From: Rhizomicrobium sp.
GTDB taxonomy: Bacteria; Pseudomonadota; Alphaproteobacteria; Micropepsales; Micropepsaceae
DNA length: 64,000 nucleotides
Assembly (NCBI GenBank): GCA_036491175.1
Contig: DASXCJ010000028.1
Location: forward strand, 128 to 64,127
Direction: 5' to 3'
Below are positions 48,021-56,783 of the stretch, in pieces; position 1 is the first letter of the stretch, and the number at the start of each line of letters is the position of its first letter. The position numbers and the translations under genes were made by a program. The notes beneath the pieces are model-generated. The model was not told the DNA's origin. It saw only the letters and a program-made list of their open reading frames with translations, and made no database searches.

Positions 48021-49727
48021 CTACGCCGCGCCGCGCAGCTCGTCTTGCGGGGTGGAGACGCGCATGCCCTTGTCGTCCACGGCGGCGTAGGGAAGCACGA
48101 TGCGCACCGTCGTGCCCTCGCCCAGGGTGGATTGGAGCACCGCCTCGCCGCCATGCATGAGCGACAGCGCCCTGACCAGCGCCAGACCCAGCCCTGTGCC
48201 TTCCTGGCTGCGCGTATGCGCGCCGTCGACCTGCTCGAAGGGCTGGCCTAGCTTCTGGACATCGGCTTCGGAGATGCCCACGCCCGTGTCGCTCACCGCG
48301 ATCTCGATCCCGGCCGCGCCGCGCGACGCCGCGACGCGCACCTCGCCGCCGCGCGGAGTGAACTTCACGCCGTTGGTGACGAGGTTGACGACCATCTGCT
48401 TCACCGCGCGCTTGTCGGCGAAGATCGTATGCGCCTCGTCCGCGATGGCCATCTTGAGCGCGATGCCCTTGCGGTCGGCCTGGAGCTTGACGAAGCGCAG
48501 CGCCTGGGTCGCGACCTCTTCGAGATCGAACATCTCCTCGCTGAGATCGAACTTGCCGGCCTCGATCTTCGACATGTCGAGGATGCCGTTGATGAGCTCG
48601 AGCAGGTGTCCGCCGGACTCGTTGATCAGCTTGGCGTATTCGAGATAGCGCGGGGATCCCACCGGCCCGAACATCTCATGCGTCATCACCTCGGAGAAGC
48701 CGATGATGGCGTTCAAGGGCGTGCGCAATTCGTGGCTCATATTGGCGAGGAACCGCGACTTGGCCTTCGACGCCTCCTCCGCGAGATCGCGCGCCTCGAT
48801 CAGCGCCTTCTCCTGCGCCTTGCGCTCGGAGATGTCGCGCGTCACGGCGACGATGTCGGCGGCTTCGCCGTTGACGGGCGAAGCCGGGCGGCAGCGCATC
48901 TCCGTCCACACGAAAGACCTGTCGGCGCGCTTCAGCCTGACTTCGACCGAGGCCGAACGCCCGAAATAGCTCGCCTCGACGAACGCCGATTGCAGCAGCT
49001 TCAGATCCTCCGGATGGGCGAGCGCGGACGGCGCGGCGCCCAGCAAACTCTCCGGCCGGCGTCCCAGAATGCTTTCGCTGGCCGGGCTGGCGAAGCGGAT
49101 GCGGCCGTCCGCGCCGTGGCGGGTGATGAGGTCCATGGCGTTGTCGGCCAGGAAGCGATACATGGCCGCGCCCTCGGCGGCGGCGTTGTCGGCCTTGCGC
49201 TGGCGGTCCTGCGTGGCGATGGCGACCAGCGCCGATTGCATCACCGCCGCCAGCACCGAGCCCGCATAGAACTCCCACACCGCCGAATCGATCGACGACC
49301 GCGGCAACAGCCCCAACGCCTGCGCCGCGACGACGGCGACGAGCGCGATGGCCGTGGCCGCGCCCGCGCGCCACACCGCCTTGCGTCCGCCCGCGAGTGC
49401 GGCTTCCGCCGGCACCAGCGCAAGCCACACCAGCAGCGGCGAGGACATGCCGCCCGTCAGCGCCACCAGGAAACCGATCAGGGCGGCGAAGGCGGCCAGC
49501 GCCATCGTCTCCAGCGCCGCCAGCGAAATCCGCGTGAAGGACAGCAGCGCGAACAGCCCCGGCAGAACCAGTCCCGCCATGGCGAGCGCTTCAGGCAAAG
49601 TGGGGCGGCCGACGAAGGCAAGGAACAGCGCGGCAAGCCCCGCGCCCACCGTCGCCTTCGTGGCCTGGACGGCGGCGAAACGGCGCCGCTCGGCAGGTCC
49701 TCCAGCTTTCGACGGTGAATCGGCCAT
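48021..49727 (-). CDS. divJ: Membrane PAS histidine kinase, DivJ-like (PdhS family)
   Basis: N-terminal TMs with TGGMSSPLLVWL..VP.EA, PAS domain, FLANMSHELRTPLNAIIGFSE, QMVVNLVTNGVKFT, GTGLGL; near DUF1491 as divJ usually is. Confidence 0.7.
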   Translation of the reverse strand: MADSPSKAGGPAERRRFAAVQATKATVGAGLAALFLAFVGRPTLPEALAMAGLVLPGLFALLSFTRISLAALETMALAAFAALIGFLVALTGGMSSPLLVWLALVPAEAALAGGRKAVWRAGAATAIALVAVVAAQALGLLPRSSIDSAVWEFYAGSVLAAVMQSALVAIATQDRQRKADNAAAEGAAMYRFLADNAMDLITRHGADGRIRFASPASESILGRRPESLLGAAPSALAHPEDLKLLQSAFVEASYFGRSASVEVRLKRADRSFVWTEMRCRPASPVNGEAADIVAVTRDISERKAQEKALIEARDLAEEASKAKSRFLANMSHELRTPLNAIIGFSEVMTHEMFGPVGSPRYLEYAKLINESGGHLLELINGILDMSKIEAGKFDLSEEMFDLEEVATQALRFVKLQADRKGIALKMAIADEAHTIFADKRAVKQMVVNLVTNGVKFTPRGGEVRVAASRGAAGIEIAVSDTGVGISEADVQKLGQPFEQVDGAHTRSQEGTGLGLALVRALSLMHGGEAVLQSTLGEGTTVRIVLPYAAVDDKGMRVSTPQDELRGAA

Positions 49728-49949
49728 TAACGACGCGCTCTCGAAGGACCCGCGGCGATCCTCGCGGGGCAGTCTTAACGAAGCTTGAATGACCCACGAA
49801 TTCGTTCGTTAATTCGCAAGAATTAGCGGTTATCGCGTTCATCGCTTCTTAACGATGATGACGTGATTCCGGCCACGCACGCTATTGGTGCAAGCTTTCC
49901 GCAAGCCCGATTCGGCATGATGCTCGCCATAAAGGTGGGGATTGAAGGA

Positions 49950-51527
49950 ATGGGCTTCGCGCAGAAAGCGCCCTCCGAGCATGTTGCGGAGCAACCGGAC
50001 GTGCTGGCGGCGCTGAACGCGCTGCGCAGCGCCATCACGATTTTCGATTCGCAGCTGCGGCTCACTTACGCCAACCAGCACTTCAACTATCTCTTCCGCG
50101 GCTTGCCTCCGCGCGAGGCCCTGATCGGCTGCACCTATGAGGAGATGGTGCGGCTGGAGCTGGCCCATGGCGAACTCGCCGATCTGGAGGCCATGGGCGG
50201 CGTCGAGGCCTTCATCGCCACCCGCCACGAGCAGTTCCAGGACGGCATGTACGCGCCGCGCGACGTGATGCTGGCCGATGGCCGCATCGTCGAGATCAAG
50301 ACGCGGCGCACGCCCGACGGCGGCTGGATCGCGCTGTGGAGCGATGCGACCCAGGCCCGCCATCTGCTCGCCCGCTTCGAGGACACGGTCGAATTGTCCG
50401 CCGATGCCTTCGCCTTCTGGGACGGCCGCGACCGGCTGATCCATTGCAACGAAGGCTTCTCGCATTTCCACGGACAGCACGTCCGCGCCATGAAGGGCAA
50501 GACTTTCGAGACCATTCTGCGCGAGACCGTCTCGCGCGGCCGCTACGTGATCGAGGGCGACGTCGAAAGCTGGATCGCGCGCCGGCTCGACACGCATCGC
50601 TCGCCCGCTGGCGCGCTCACCATCGTCACCGCGTCGGGCGTGGCCTTCCTGGTGCGCGACCGCGCCACGCGCGACGGCGGCAGCGCGACCGTCTATACCG
50701 ACGTCACCGACCGCCACCGCGTGGAATCGGCGCTCGGCGAGACCAAGCGGGCGCTGGAGAAATCCAAGAGCAAGGCCAAGAAGCAGGCGAGCTATCTCTC
50801 CGACCTCACCCGCCGCCTCGATGCCGCCGAGGCCGAGGCCGACACCGCCAAGACCGCGCTGCTGCGCACGATGAGCCACGAACTCAAGACGCCGCTCAAC
50901 GCCATCATCGGCTTCTCCGACCTCTTGAAAAGCTCGCCCGGCATCTTCAAGGAAGAGCAGATCGCCGAATATGCCGGGCTGATCCACCTGGCCGGCCACA
51001 ACCTGCTGCGCCTGATCAACCAGATCCTCGATCTCACCAAGATCGCGGCGGGCCGTTTCGCGCTGAAGCGCGGCGCGATCCCGGCGGGCGCGACGATGTG
51101 GGCGGCGTCCGACGCCCATGCCGCCAAGGCGGAAGCCAAGAACATCCGGATCGAGATCGATTGCGAACAGGACATGCTGGTCGATGCCGACGAGAACGCG
51201 CTCACGACCATGATCTCGCACCTGATCGAGAACGCCGTCGCCTTCACGCCCAAGGACGGCGAAGTGCGCCTCACCGCCGAGCGCGGCGAGGACGACACGA
51301 TCCGCCTCATCGTCAGCGACACAGGGCCCGGCGTGGCGGAAAAAGACCTCGCCCGCATCCTCGAGCCCTTCGAACAGGCCGGCCGCGGCACTACCGACCA
51401 CGCCCACGGCGCCGGCCTCGGCCTGCCGCTGGTGCGCGCCCTCGCCGAACTCCACGGCGGCACACTGACGATCGCCAGCGCGCCGGGCGAGGGATTCACC
51501 GCGACGCTCGAACTGCCGGCGGCGTAA
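49950..51527 (+). CDS. Cytoplasmic double-PAS histidine kinase
   Basis: Two PAS-like domains (TPDGGWI..WSDAT; TRDGG...YTDVT), MSHELKTPLNAIIGFS, GAGLGL. Confidence 0.9.
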   Translation: MGFAQKAPSEHVAEQPDVLAALNALRSAITIFDSQLRLTYANQHFNYLFRGLPPREALIGCTYEEMVRLELAHGELADLEAMGGVEAFIATRHEQFQDGMYAPRDVMLADGRIVEIKTRRTPDGGWIALWSDATQARHLLARFEDTVELSADAFAFWDGRDRLIHCNEGFSHFHGQHVRAMKGKTFETILRETVSRGRYVIEGDVESWIARRLDTHRSPAGALTIVTASGVAFLVRDRATRDGGSATVYTDVTDRHRVESALGETKRALEKSKSKAKKQASYLSDLTRRLDAAEAEADTAKTALLRTMSHELKTPLNAIIGFSDLLKSSPGIFKEEQIAEYAGLIHLAGHNLLRLINQILDLTKIAAGRFALKRGAIPAGATMWAASDAHAAKAEAKNIRIEIDCEQDMLVDADENALTTMISHLIENAVAFTPKDGEVRLTAERGEDDTIRLIVSDTGPGVAEKDLARILEPFEQAGRGTTDHAHGAGLGLPLVRALAELHGGTLTIASAPGEGFTATLELPAA

Positions 51528-51543
51528 CGCCCCTAGCAAAAGT

Positions 51544-51721
51544 GGATTCACGCGGAGCCGCGGAGACGCGGAGTTCGTGCAGGCGATCCACGGCAACGTG
51601 ACCCGTTACCGCCCGCGAAGCGGGCAGACCTTCATGCGATTGACCCGCTTCGCGGGCCGTTACGGCGCGGCAAAATCTCGATCGCCAGCACCTCCGCGTC
51701 TCCGCGGCCCAGCGTGAATCC
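51544..51721. repeat. Family D inverted pair enclosing a family A-like hairpin pair
   Basis: GGATTCACGCGGAGCCGCGGAGACGCGGAG / CTCCGCGTCTCCGCGGCCCAGCGTGAATCC, with inner GCCCGCGAAGCGGGC and CCCGCTTCGCGGG. Confidence 0.75.
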
Positions 51722-51924
51722 CCTTCCTTCGCATTTACAGAAAATTTGAATCGAACTCGTCGCTGTTTTGAATCGAAACACTCCGCGCTTCGACACCAGG
51801 CGTTTTCCCTCATTGCCGCCAAATCGCGAATTAACCCGATTGCATCGAACTTTACCGAATGGTTTCAGCGCGGAACAAGACGCCGCGCATAGCATTCTCG
51901 CGTGTTGAGTACGCAAGGTATGTC

Positions 51925-52206
51925 ATGCTCATTCGCGCCGTGTTCTGGATCGCTATCGTTTCGATGCTGATGCCGCGCGAGCCCAATCTTGGGTTCGGCC
52001 GGCCCGGCGCCTCGCTGCAGGAAACACTCCTCCCCCGGGTGTCCCAGGCGATGGTGTCCGGCCGGCCGTGTGCGCAAGGCATCGTAGCCTGCGCCAACGG
52101 CCTTGGCATCCTGAACGAGCTTCCGTCCTTCGGCCTGCGCCCGCTGGCCGACGTGAAGGCCGACATCGACCAGGCCGTCGCCGAGCGCAAGGCGCACGGG
52201 GGCTAG
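51925..52206 (+). CDS. DUF5330-like small membrane protein
   Basis: MLIRAVFWIAIVSMLMP N-terminus; typical neighbour of divJ and DUF6456 genes. Confidence 0.6.
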   Translation: MLIRAVFWIAIVSMLMPREPNLGFGRPGASLQETLLPRVSQAMVSGRPCAQGIVACANGLGILNELPSFGLRPLADVKADIDQAVAERKAHGG

Positions 52207-52239
52207 CCGCTGCCCCTCGCGGCGCGATAGCGTGCCGCA

Positions 52240-52710
52240 ATGACCAGCGATTTCTCTCCGCAGACCCATCGTGTCGTGCCGTTGCGCCCGTTTTCGCAAT
52301 TGCGCGTCGGCGAGATCTTCCGCAATCCGTCGCGCACCATCACCGAGGCGAACTTCGCCGCGTTCCAGGCGGTGAGCCTGGACAACCATCCGATCCACTA
52401 TGACGACGAATATTGCAAGGCGCTGGGCCATCCCGCGCCGCTCGCGCACGGGCTGCAGGTGCTCGCCTTCACGGCGGCGGGCGCGGGGCTCTTTCCCCAT
52501 GTCATCGGCGAGGCGCTGATCGGCTTCGTCGAGGTGAACGCGAAATTCCTCAAGGGCGTCTATCCCGGCGACACGCTCTATCCGGCGCTTGAAATCGTCG
52601 AACTCAAGGCGCAGCGCACCACCGGCCTCGTGACGATGCGCGCCACGGTGCACAACCAGAAAAGCGAGTTGGTGCTGGACGGCACGCACAAATATCTCCT
52701 CAAACTCTAA
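52240..52710 (+). CDS. MaoC-family dehydratase
   Basis: SRTITEA....F..VSLDNHPIHYD, AHG, FLKGVYPGDTL. Confidence 0.9.
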   Translation: MTSDFSPQTHRVVPLRPFSQLRVGEIFRNPSRTITEANFAAFQAVSLDNHPIHYDDEYCKALGHPAPLAHGLQVLAFTAAGAGLFPHVIGEALIGFVEVNAKFLKGVYPGDTLYPALEIVELKAQRTTGLVTMRATVHNQKSELVLDGTHKYLLKL

Positions 52711-53465
52711 GCCGCCCGCCACGCCCGCAGTTCCGGCGCGCGATGCGAGCGCAAGCCGTAATGGCTCGCGAGTTTCTCCAGCCCGATCGACAGTACGATC
52801 TTCGCCGTGCGGCGCGGCCAGTTGCGGGCGCTCTCCGCCGCCTCCAGCCCGATCAGGTGGCAGCAGATGTCGAACAGCAGGTCGCAGATCACCGGCCCCG
52901 CCGCGCTCATGGCGCGGGAGAAGCGCTGTTTGGCGGCGAGCACCATCTCGCCCATCTCGGGCTCGGGCCGCATGCCGCGCGTCTGGTCGACGACGGGTTT
53001 GTGCCAGTCCATCGCCATGCGCGGCGTGAGCCCGGCGATGGTGAAATCGCGCCTCAGCTTCTCGCCCGCCTCGAGCTGCACCGCGTCGATGGCGCCGCGC
53101 TTGAACAGCCAGCCGAGCGGGGACTCGCCCTCGTTGATCGTGACGACCTGTTCCTCGCCCGCGGCGTTGCGGATCGTGCGCGTGACGCAGAGCTGGTGCT
53201 GGCGGGCGAAGGGATCGGCCTCCGCTTCCTGCCGCCGCAGCCAGAACAGCCCGGCATCGGAGAGCGCGAAGCTCTCAGGCCGCGTCCCCCGCGTCCTGAG
53301 CCAATCGCGGTGATGGAATTCAACCACCAGTGTCCGCTTCACCAGCACCTCGCCCGGCTCCAGCACGAAGCGATGCTTGGCGGCGCGCAAGAGATAACCG
53401 CCCTTGATCTCGAGTTCGCGCAGGATCCAGCGCGCCTCTCTTTCGACTTCCCCTTCACTCAACAT
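52707..53465 (-). CDS. DUF6456-domain protein, GafA/GafZ-like GTA activator candidate
   Basis: N..ESPLGWL, Q..AGEKLRRDF, ICCHLIGLE.AE....WP.RTAKIVL.IGL..LA.HYG; N-terminal wHTH-like segment with FARQH. Confidence 0.75.
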   Translation of the reverse strand: MLSEGEVEREARWILRELEIKGGYLLRAAKHRFVLEPGEVLVKRTLVVEFHHRDWLRTRGTRPESFALSDAGLFWLRRQEAEADPFARQHQLCVTRTIRNAAGEEQVVTINEGESPLGWLFKRGAIDAVQLEAGEKLRRDFTIAGLTPRMAMDWHKPVVDQTRGMRPEPEMGEMVLAAKQRFSRAMSAAGPVICDLLFDICCHLIGLEAAESARNWPRRTAKIVLSIGLEKLASHYGLRSHRAPELRAWRAA

Positions 53466-53512
53466 GAGCCAAGTTCCTTCTTTGTTCGGAAGGACTTCTA
53501 GGACTCAATGGA

Positions 53513-53531
53513 CCACAATGTCAAGTTGTGG
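53513..53531. promoter_or_regulatory. Inverted repeat upstream of the DUF6456 gene (operator candidate)
   Basis: CCACAA-N7-TTGTGG in the AT-richer 112-bp upstream region. Confidence 0.4.
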
Positions 53532-53577
53532 GTACAATTGCCGTCTCTGCAGGAATTCGCCCTGTAGTTGCGGGCGT

Positions 53578-54105
53578 TTAGGCCTCGCCGGCGGCGGCGA
53601 TGCGGACCTTGCGCGGCGTGCGCTTGCGCCGGTCGGGCCCGCGAAACTGGCCTCGCGATTCCGCGCGGCGGTCCGGCCCGTAGAAATCCGGCGCCACGAT
53701 GAACGGCCTTGGCCGCTCCACCGCCAGCTTCAGCTTGCGCATGATCGTGGCGGCGCTGACGGGGCGCGTGAGCACGTCGGTATAGCCCTGGTCGCGCGCC
53801 GTCTCGATGTCGCGGCGGCGCGGGCCGGCGCAGAGCAGGAACACCGGCAGCATCGGATCGAGCATGCCTTCGCTCTTGCGCGAGGCGGCGCCGAAATCCA
53901 CGCCCGTGTCGTTCGCCGAGGCGTCGTCGCAGAACACCGCGTCGAAGATCTGGTTGGCGAGGAGTTCGAGCGCCGCGTTGCCGTCGGCCACCGCCGCGAC
54001 GCCGCCGACGCCGGCGATGCCCATCACCTGGCGCAGGATCTGCACCACATGGGGTTTGGCTGAGACGATCAGCACGCTCAGGGATTTGAAATCGTGGTTC
54101 TTCAT
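53578..54105 (-). CDS. Atypical response regulator with C-terminal GPDRR motifs
   Basis: Receiver-like fold without the acidic pair (IVSAK) and with Lys replaced (TRPV); tail YGPDRR...RGPDRRK. Confidence 0.75.
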   Translation of the reverse strand: MKNHDFKSLSVLIVSAKPHVVQILRQVMGIAGVGGVAAVADGNAALELLANQIFDAVFCDDASANDTGVDFGAASRKSEGMLDPMLPVFLLCAGPRRRDIETARDQGYTDVLTRPVSAATIMRKLKLAVERPRPFIVAPDFYGPDRRAESRGQFRGPDRRKRTPRKVRIAAAGEA

Positions 54106-54144
54106 GACACGGGCCCAACGCGGGAACATCATAAGACAGGCCCA

Positions 54145-54159
54145 TTAAATCGCGGTTAA
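54145..54159. promoter_or_regulatory. CtrA box
   Basis: TTAA-ATCGCGG-TTAA in a divergent intergenic region. Confidence 0.65.
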
Positions 54160-54210
54160 GCGTTTGTCCCGCGCAATGGCCTGCCACGAGGGGGCCTGCT
54201 AGGATGGGGC

Positions 54211-54546
54211 ATGACAAAAGCCCTGAAGACCTCCGCGATCCTCGCCCTCTCGCTCACGCTCTCGGCCTGCGCGATCTTCGGCGGCCCGGCCGACCGCGCG
54301 CTGCGCAAGACGCCGTCCTATCGCGACGGTTATCAGGACGGATGCGCGGCGGCGACGAACGCCTACACGGACTTCCGCAAGGGGCCGCTGACGGACAACT
54401 CGCTCTACCGCACCGATCAGATCTATCGCACCGGCTGGGGCAACGGCTACCAGTCCTGCCGCTCGACGATGACGCCGGGCGTGCAGGCCAATGCGCCCAG
54501 CAACGGCATGACGCCCATCCCCGACCAGGGCCCCGGTCACCAGTAG
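54211..54546 (+). CDS. Small lipoprotein
   Basis: Lipobox LSAC; YRDGYQDGC...YRTGWGNGYQSC motif. Confidence 0.75.
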   Translation: MTKALKTSAILALSLTLSACAIFGGPADRALRKTPSYRDGYQDGCAAATNAYTDFRKGPLTDNSLYRTDQIYRTGWGNGYQSCRSTMTPGVQANAPSNGMTPIPDQGPGHQ

Positions 54547-54552
54547 CGCGCC

Positions 54553-54804
54553 ATGATCCGCATCTTTTTCGCCGCGATCCTGCTTCTGCTCGTCACGGCG
54601 GGGTGGATGTTTTCGTCTTATGGCGAGATCGATCCGTGCCGCGCGCTGGCGGTGGAGCGGGCACGGCGGGGCGCGCACGGCCTGCCGGTGGAATCCGCGC
54701 TGGAACGCGTGCAGCGCGCGCGGACGAGCCAGATGCCGACCAGCGCCTGCGTGGGAGGGCTGATCGGCGATTGGTGGCGCAGGCAGGCGGCGCGGCAGCG
54801 TTAA
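54553..54804 (+). CDS. Small hypothetical membrane-anchored protein
   Basis: N-terminal TM, DPCRALA.E, two Cys. Confidence 0.6.
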   Translation: MIRIFFAAILLLLVTAGWMFSSYGEIDPCRALAVERARRGAHGLPVESALERVQRARTSQMPTSACVGGLIGDWWRRQAARQR

Positions 54805-54815
54805 TCCCGCGTTAA
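54800..54815. promoter_or_regulatory. CtrA box (full consensus)
   Basis: GTTAA-TCCCGCG-TTAA, which is TTAA-N7-TTAAC on the minus strand; an extra GTTAA half-site at 54831. Confidence 0.65.
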
Positions 54816-54927
54816 GCTTCGTTTGCGAAGGTTAATCCGTATGCGGATCGCGCCCGCCGTTGCCAAACGGCATTTTAAGCGTATCCTCCGTATACGGTGG
54901 GTCGTGCGTAACGTCGGAGCGGCATCC

Positions 54928-55038
54928 ATGCTGGGTCATCTCGTATCGCATCGCAGCGTCGAAGAGCTTCACCTCGAACCGGCCGCCCCAGGCTGGCTCC
55001 GCCGCCTGCTCGCGGCGCTGTTCGGGATCAAGCGGTAG
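54928..55038 (+). CDS. Small protein (36 aa) with amphipathic C-terminal helix, copy 1
   Basis: RBS ACGTCGGAG; MLGHLVSHRSVEELHLEPAAPGWLRRLLAALFGIKR; paralog at 55438. Confidence 0.6.
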   Translation: MLGHLVSHRSVEELHLEPAAPGWLRRLLAALFGIKR

Positions 55039-55059
55039 CTTTCGATCGAATTGAAAACT

Positions 55060-55221
55060 GTGTCTTGGCCCGCGGCTGCGGGCCACCCAGTTGGGTTCTG
55101 CACCATCTCTGCCGCGTCACCTGGGCGGCCCGCATTCTCCCTACGCCAAAGGCTTCGGGAGACTGAAGGCTCGCCTTCCGAAGCTGCACTTGCTGCGTAG
55201 GAAGGTCGCGGGCCGTGACAC
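55060..55221. repeat. Family A doublet whose right arm is split by a ~68-bp insertion
   Basis: Left arm 55060-55095; right arm GTCACCTGGGCGGCCCGCATTC (55116-55137) ... TCGCGGGCCGTGACAC (55206-55221). Confidence 0.75.
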
Positions 55222-55437
55222 GGCGTTGGACACACCCCTGGATCTCCTCCCATCCGACTTCTCGCGGCAGCGCGCTGCATCGTCCGCGCACGCGCCGCTG
55301 TCTCGCGCGCTGCGCCCTCCGCGCCACGTCCTCCTCATCATCGCGATTTTTTTAAGGCGCACCTCTTGCGCCTGGCGCACAGTGTGCGTATATCGATTCC
55401 AGCGTTGGGTTCACTCTCACGTCGGAGGATTCGAACG

Positions 55438-55551
55438 ATGATGGGAAATCTTGTGGTCAACCGGGCTTCGCACGAAGCCTATGTCACGCCGGACTACACC
55501 AAAGCGGGCTGGCTGCGCCGCCTGCTGCGCGTGATTTTCCGCAGGTATTGA
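55438..55551 (+). CDS. Small protein (37 aa) with amphipathic C-terminal helix, copy 2
   Basis: RBS ACGTCGGAGG; MMGNLVVNRASHEAYVTPDYTKAGWLRRLLRVIFRRY. Confidence 0.6.
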   Translation: MMGNLVVNRASHEAYVTPDYTKAGWLRRLLRVIFRRY

Positions 55552-55711
55552 CCCGAACCCCGCCTTCCCGCGCCGGCGGGCCGAAGCCTTCCCAACAGCA
55601 GACGAACGCCCGGGCGAAACCCAACGTCTCGCTTGAGCGCCAAGACGCTTCCGGACGCTTCGGCCCTCCCGCGCGGCGAGGCGTTGTCGGCTGAGCGCTA
55701 CCCGGCAAGCC

Positions 55712-56704
55712 TCATTGCTTCGGCGCCGTTTCGAGGATCAGCATGCGGATGTCGCGGCTTGGTGCGAAATTGTCCGCCGTGAAATCGACCGTCGTCGCGC
55801 CCGTCTTCTTCAGGTCGCCCTTCCAGCACAGCGACAGGATGTTGTCCGGCTTCAGCTTGTCGAGCGTCATGTGGAAATGGCCGATGGCGCCTTTCCAATT
55901 GTTGCCGCTCATCAGGATGTAGTCGGTGTTGTAGCGCGTGAGCATGCCGCCATCCTCCAGGCTCGCATTCTTGCCGCCGAGGCGCGCTGCGATCGCGGCC
56001 TTCGTCGCCGGATCGATGCAATAGGTGGTGAAGTAATATTGGCCGTCGGAATCCTTGTTGTCGATCTCATAGACGGTGAAGAAGCCTTGGCCCGTCACCG
56101 GCTGGTAGGCGTGATCCAGCGTGACGGTCCGATGCGCGGGGAAAGCCTGACGCCACCAGAATTTCGTGCGCACCAGCCAATGCGGGTGCTCGAACGAGCC
56201 GCTTTCGCCGTCGGCCAGGCCGGCATCCTCCAGGATCTTGCGCTGCGCCGCCGGCAGCTTCTCCATCAAAGGCGCGAATTTGGGATCGCTGAGGCTGAGC
56301 GGCACGCCCGCGCGCTTGACGATGTCGGTGACGTCCTTGCCCTTGTAGAAGGCGCGCTGCTCCACGGCGGGCGCGACCGGCTTGCCGTTGGCCGTGATGG
56401 TGAAGCCCACGAAATTGACCGGATCGTCCGTCACGGCGCCGATGGGCGATTCGGTGAACTCGTTCATGTCGATGTCCGGCAGCGGGAAGGCGACGATGGT
56501 GTCGATGTCCTTGGCGCCATCGTTCACGAACGCGAAATGGATGCGGACCTTCTTGGGCGAGACATACAAATCCTCCTTCGCCATGCGGATGTCGGCCGCC
56601 TGCGTCAGCACCACCCCGCCCGCGCCGAGCGCGGCGGAGGAATCGTCGGCGAACGCGGGCGCGGCCGCGAGCGCCAGAAAAGACAAGAAGATAAAGGCTT
56701 TCAT
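55712..56704 (-). CDS. DUF4424-family exported protein
   Basis: Signal peptide, DDSSAALGAGG, IRMAKEDLYVS, VAFPLP, W.QAFPA, YILMSGNNWKGAIG.F...LDK. Confidence 0.8.
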   Translation of the reverse strand: MKAFIFLSFLALAAAPAFADDSSAALGAGGVVLTQAADIRMAKEDLYVSPKKVRIHFAFVNDGAKDIDTIVAFPLPDIDMNEFTESPIGAVTDDPVNFVGFTITANGKPVAPAVEQRAFYKGKDVTDIVKRAGVPLSLSDPKFAPLMEKLPAAQRKILEDAGLADGESGSFEHPHWLVRTKFWWRQAFPAHRTVTLDHAYQPVTGQGFFTVYEIDNKDSDGQYYFTTYCIDPATKAAIAARLGGKNASLEDGGMLTRYNTDYILMSGNNWKGAIGHFHMTLDKLKPDNILSLCWKGDLKKTGATTVDFTADNFAPSRDIRMLILETAPKQ

Positions 56705-56783
56705 GGTGTCCCCTCGGCGAATTTCGTCGCTCTTCGCGCATAATACCATCTCCCCGCAAGGGAGAGGTCGCCGACACTCCGCT

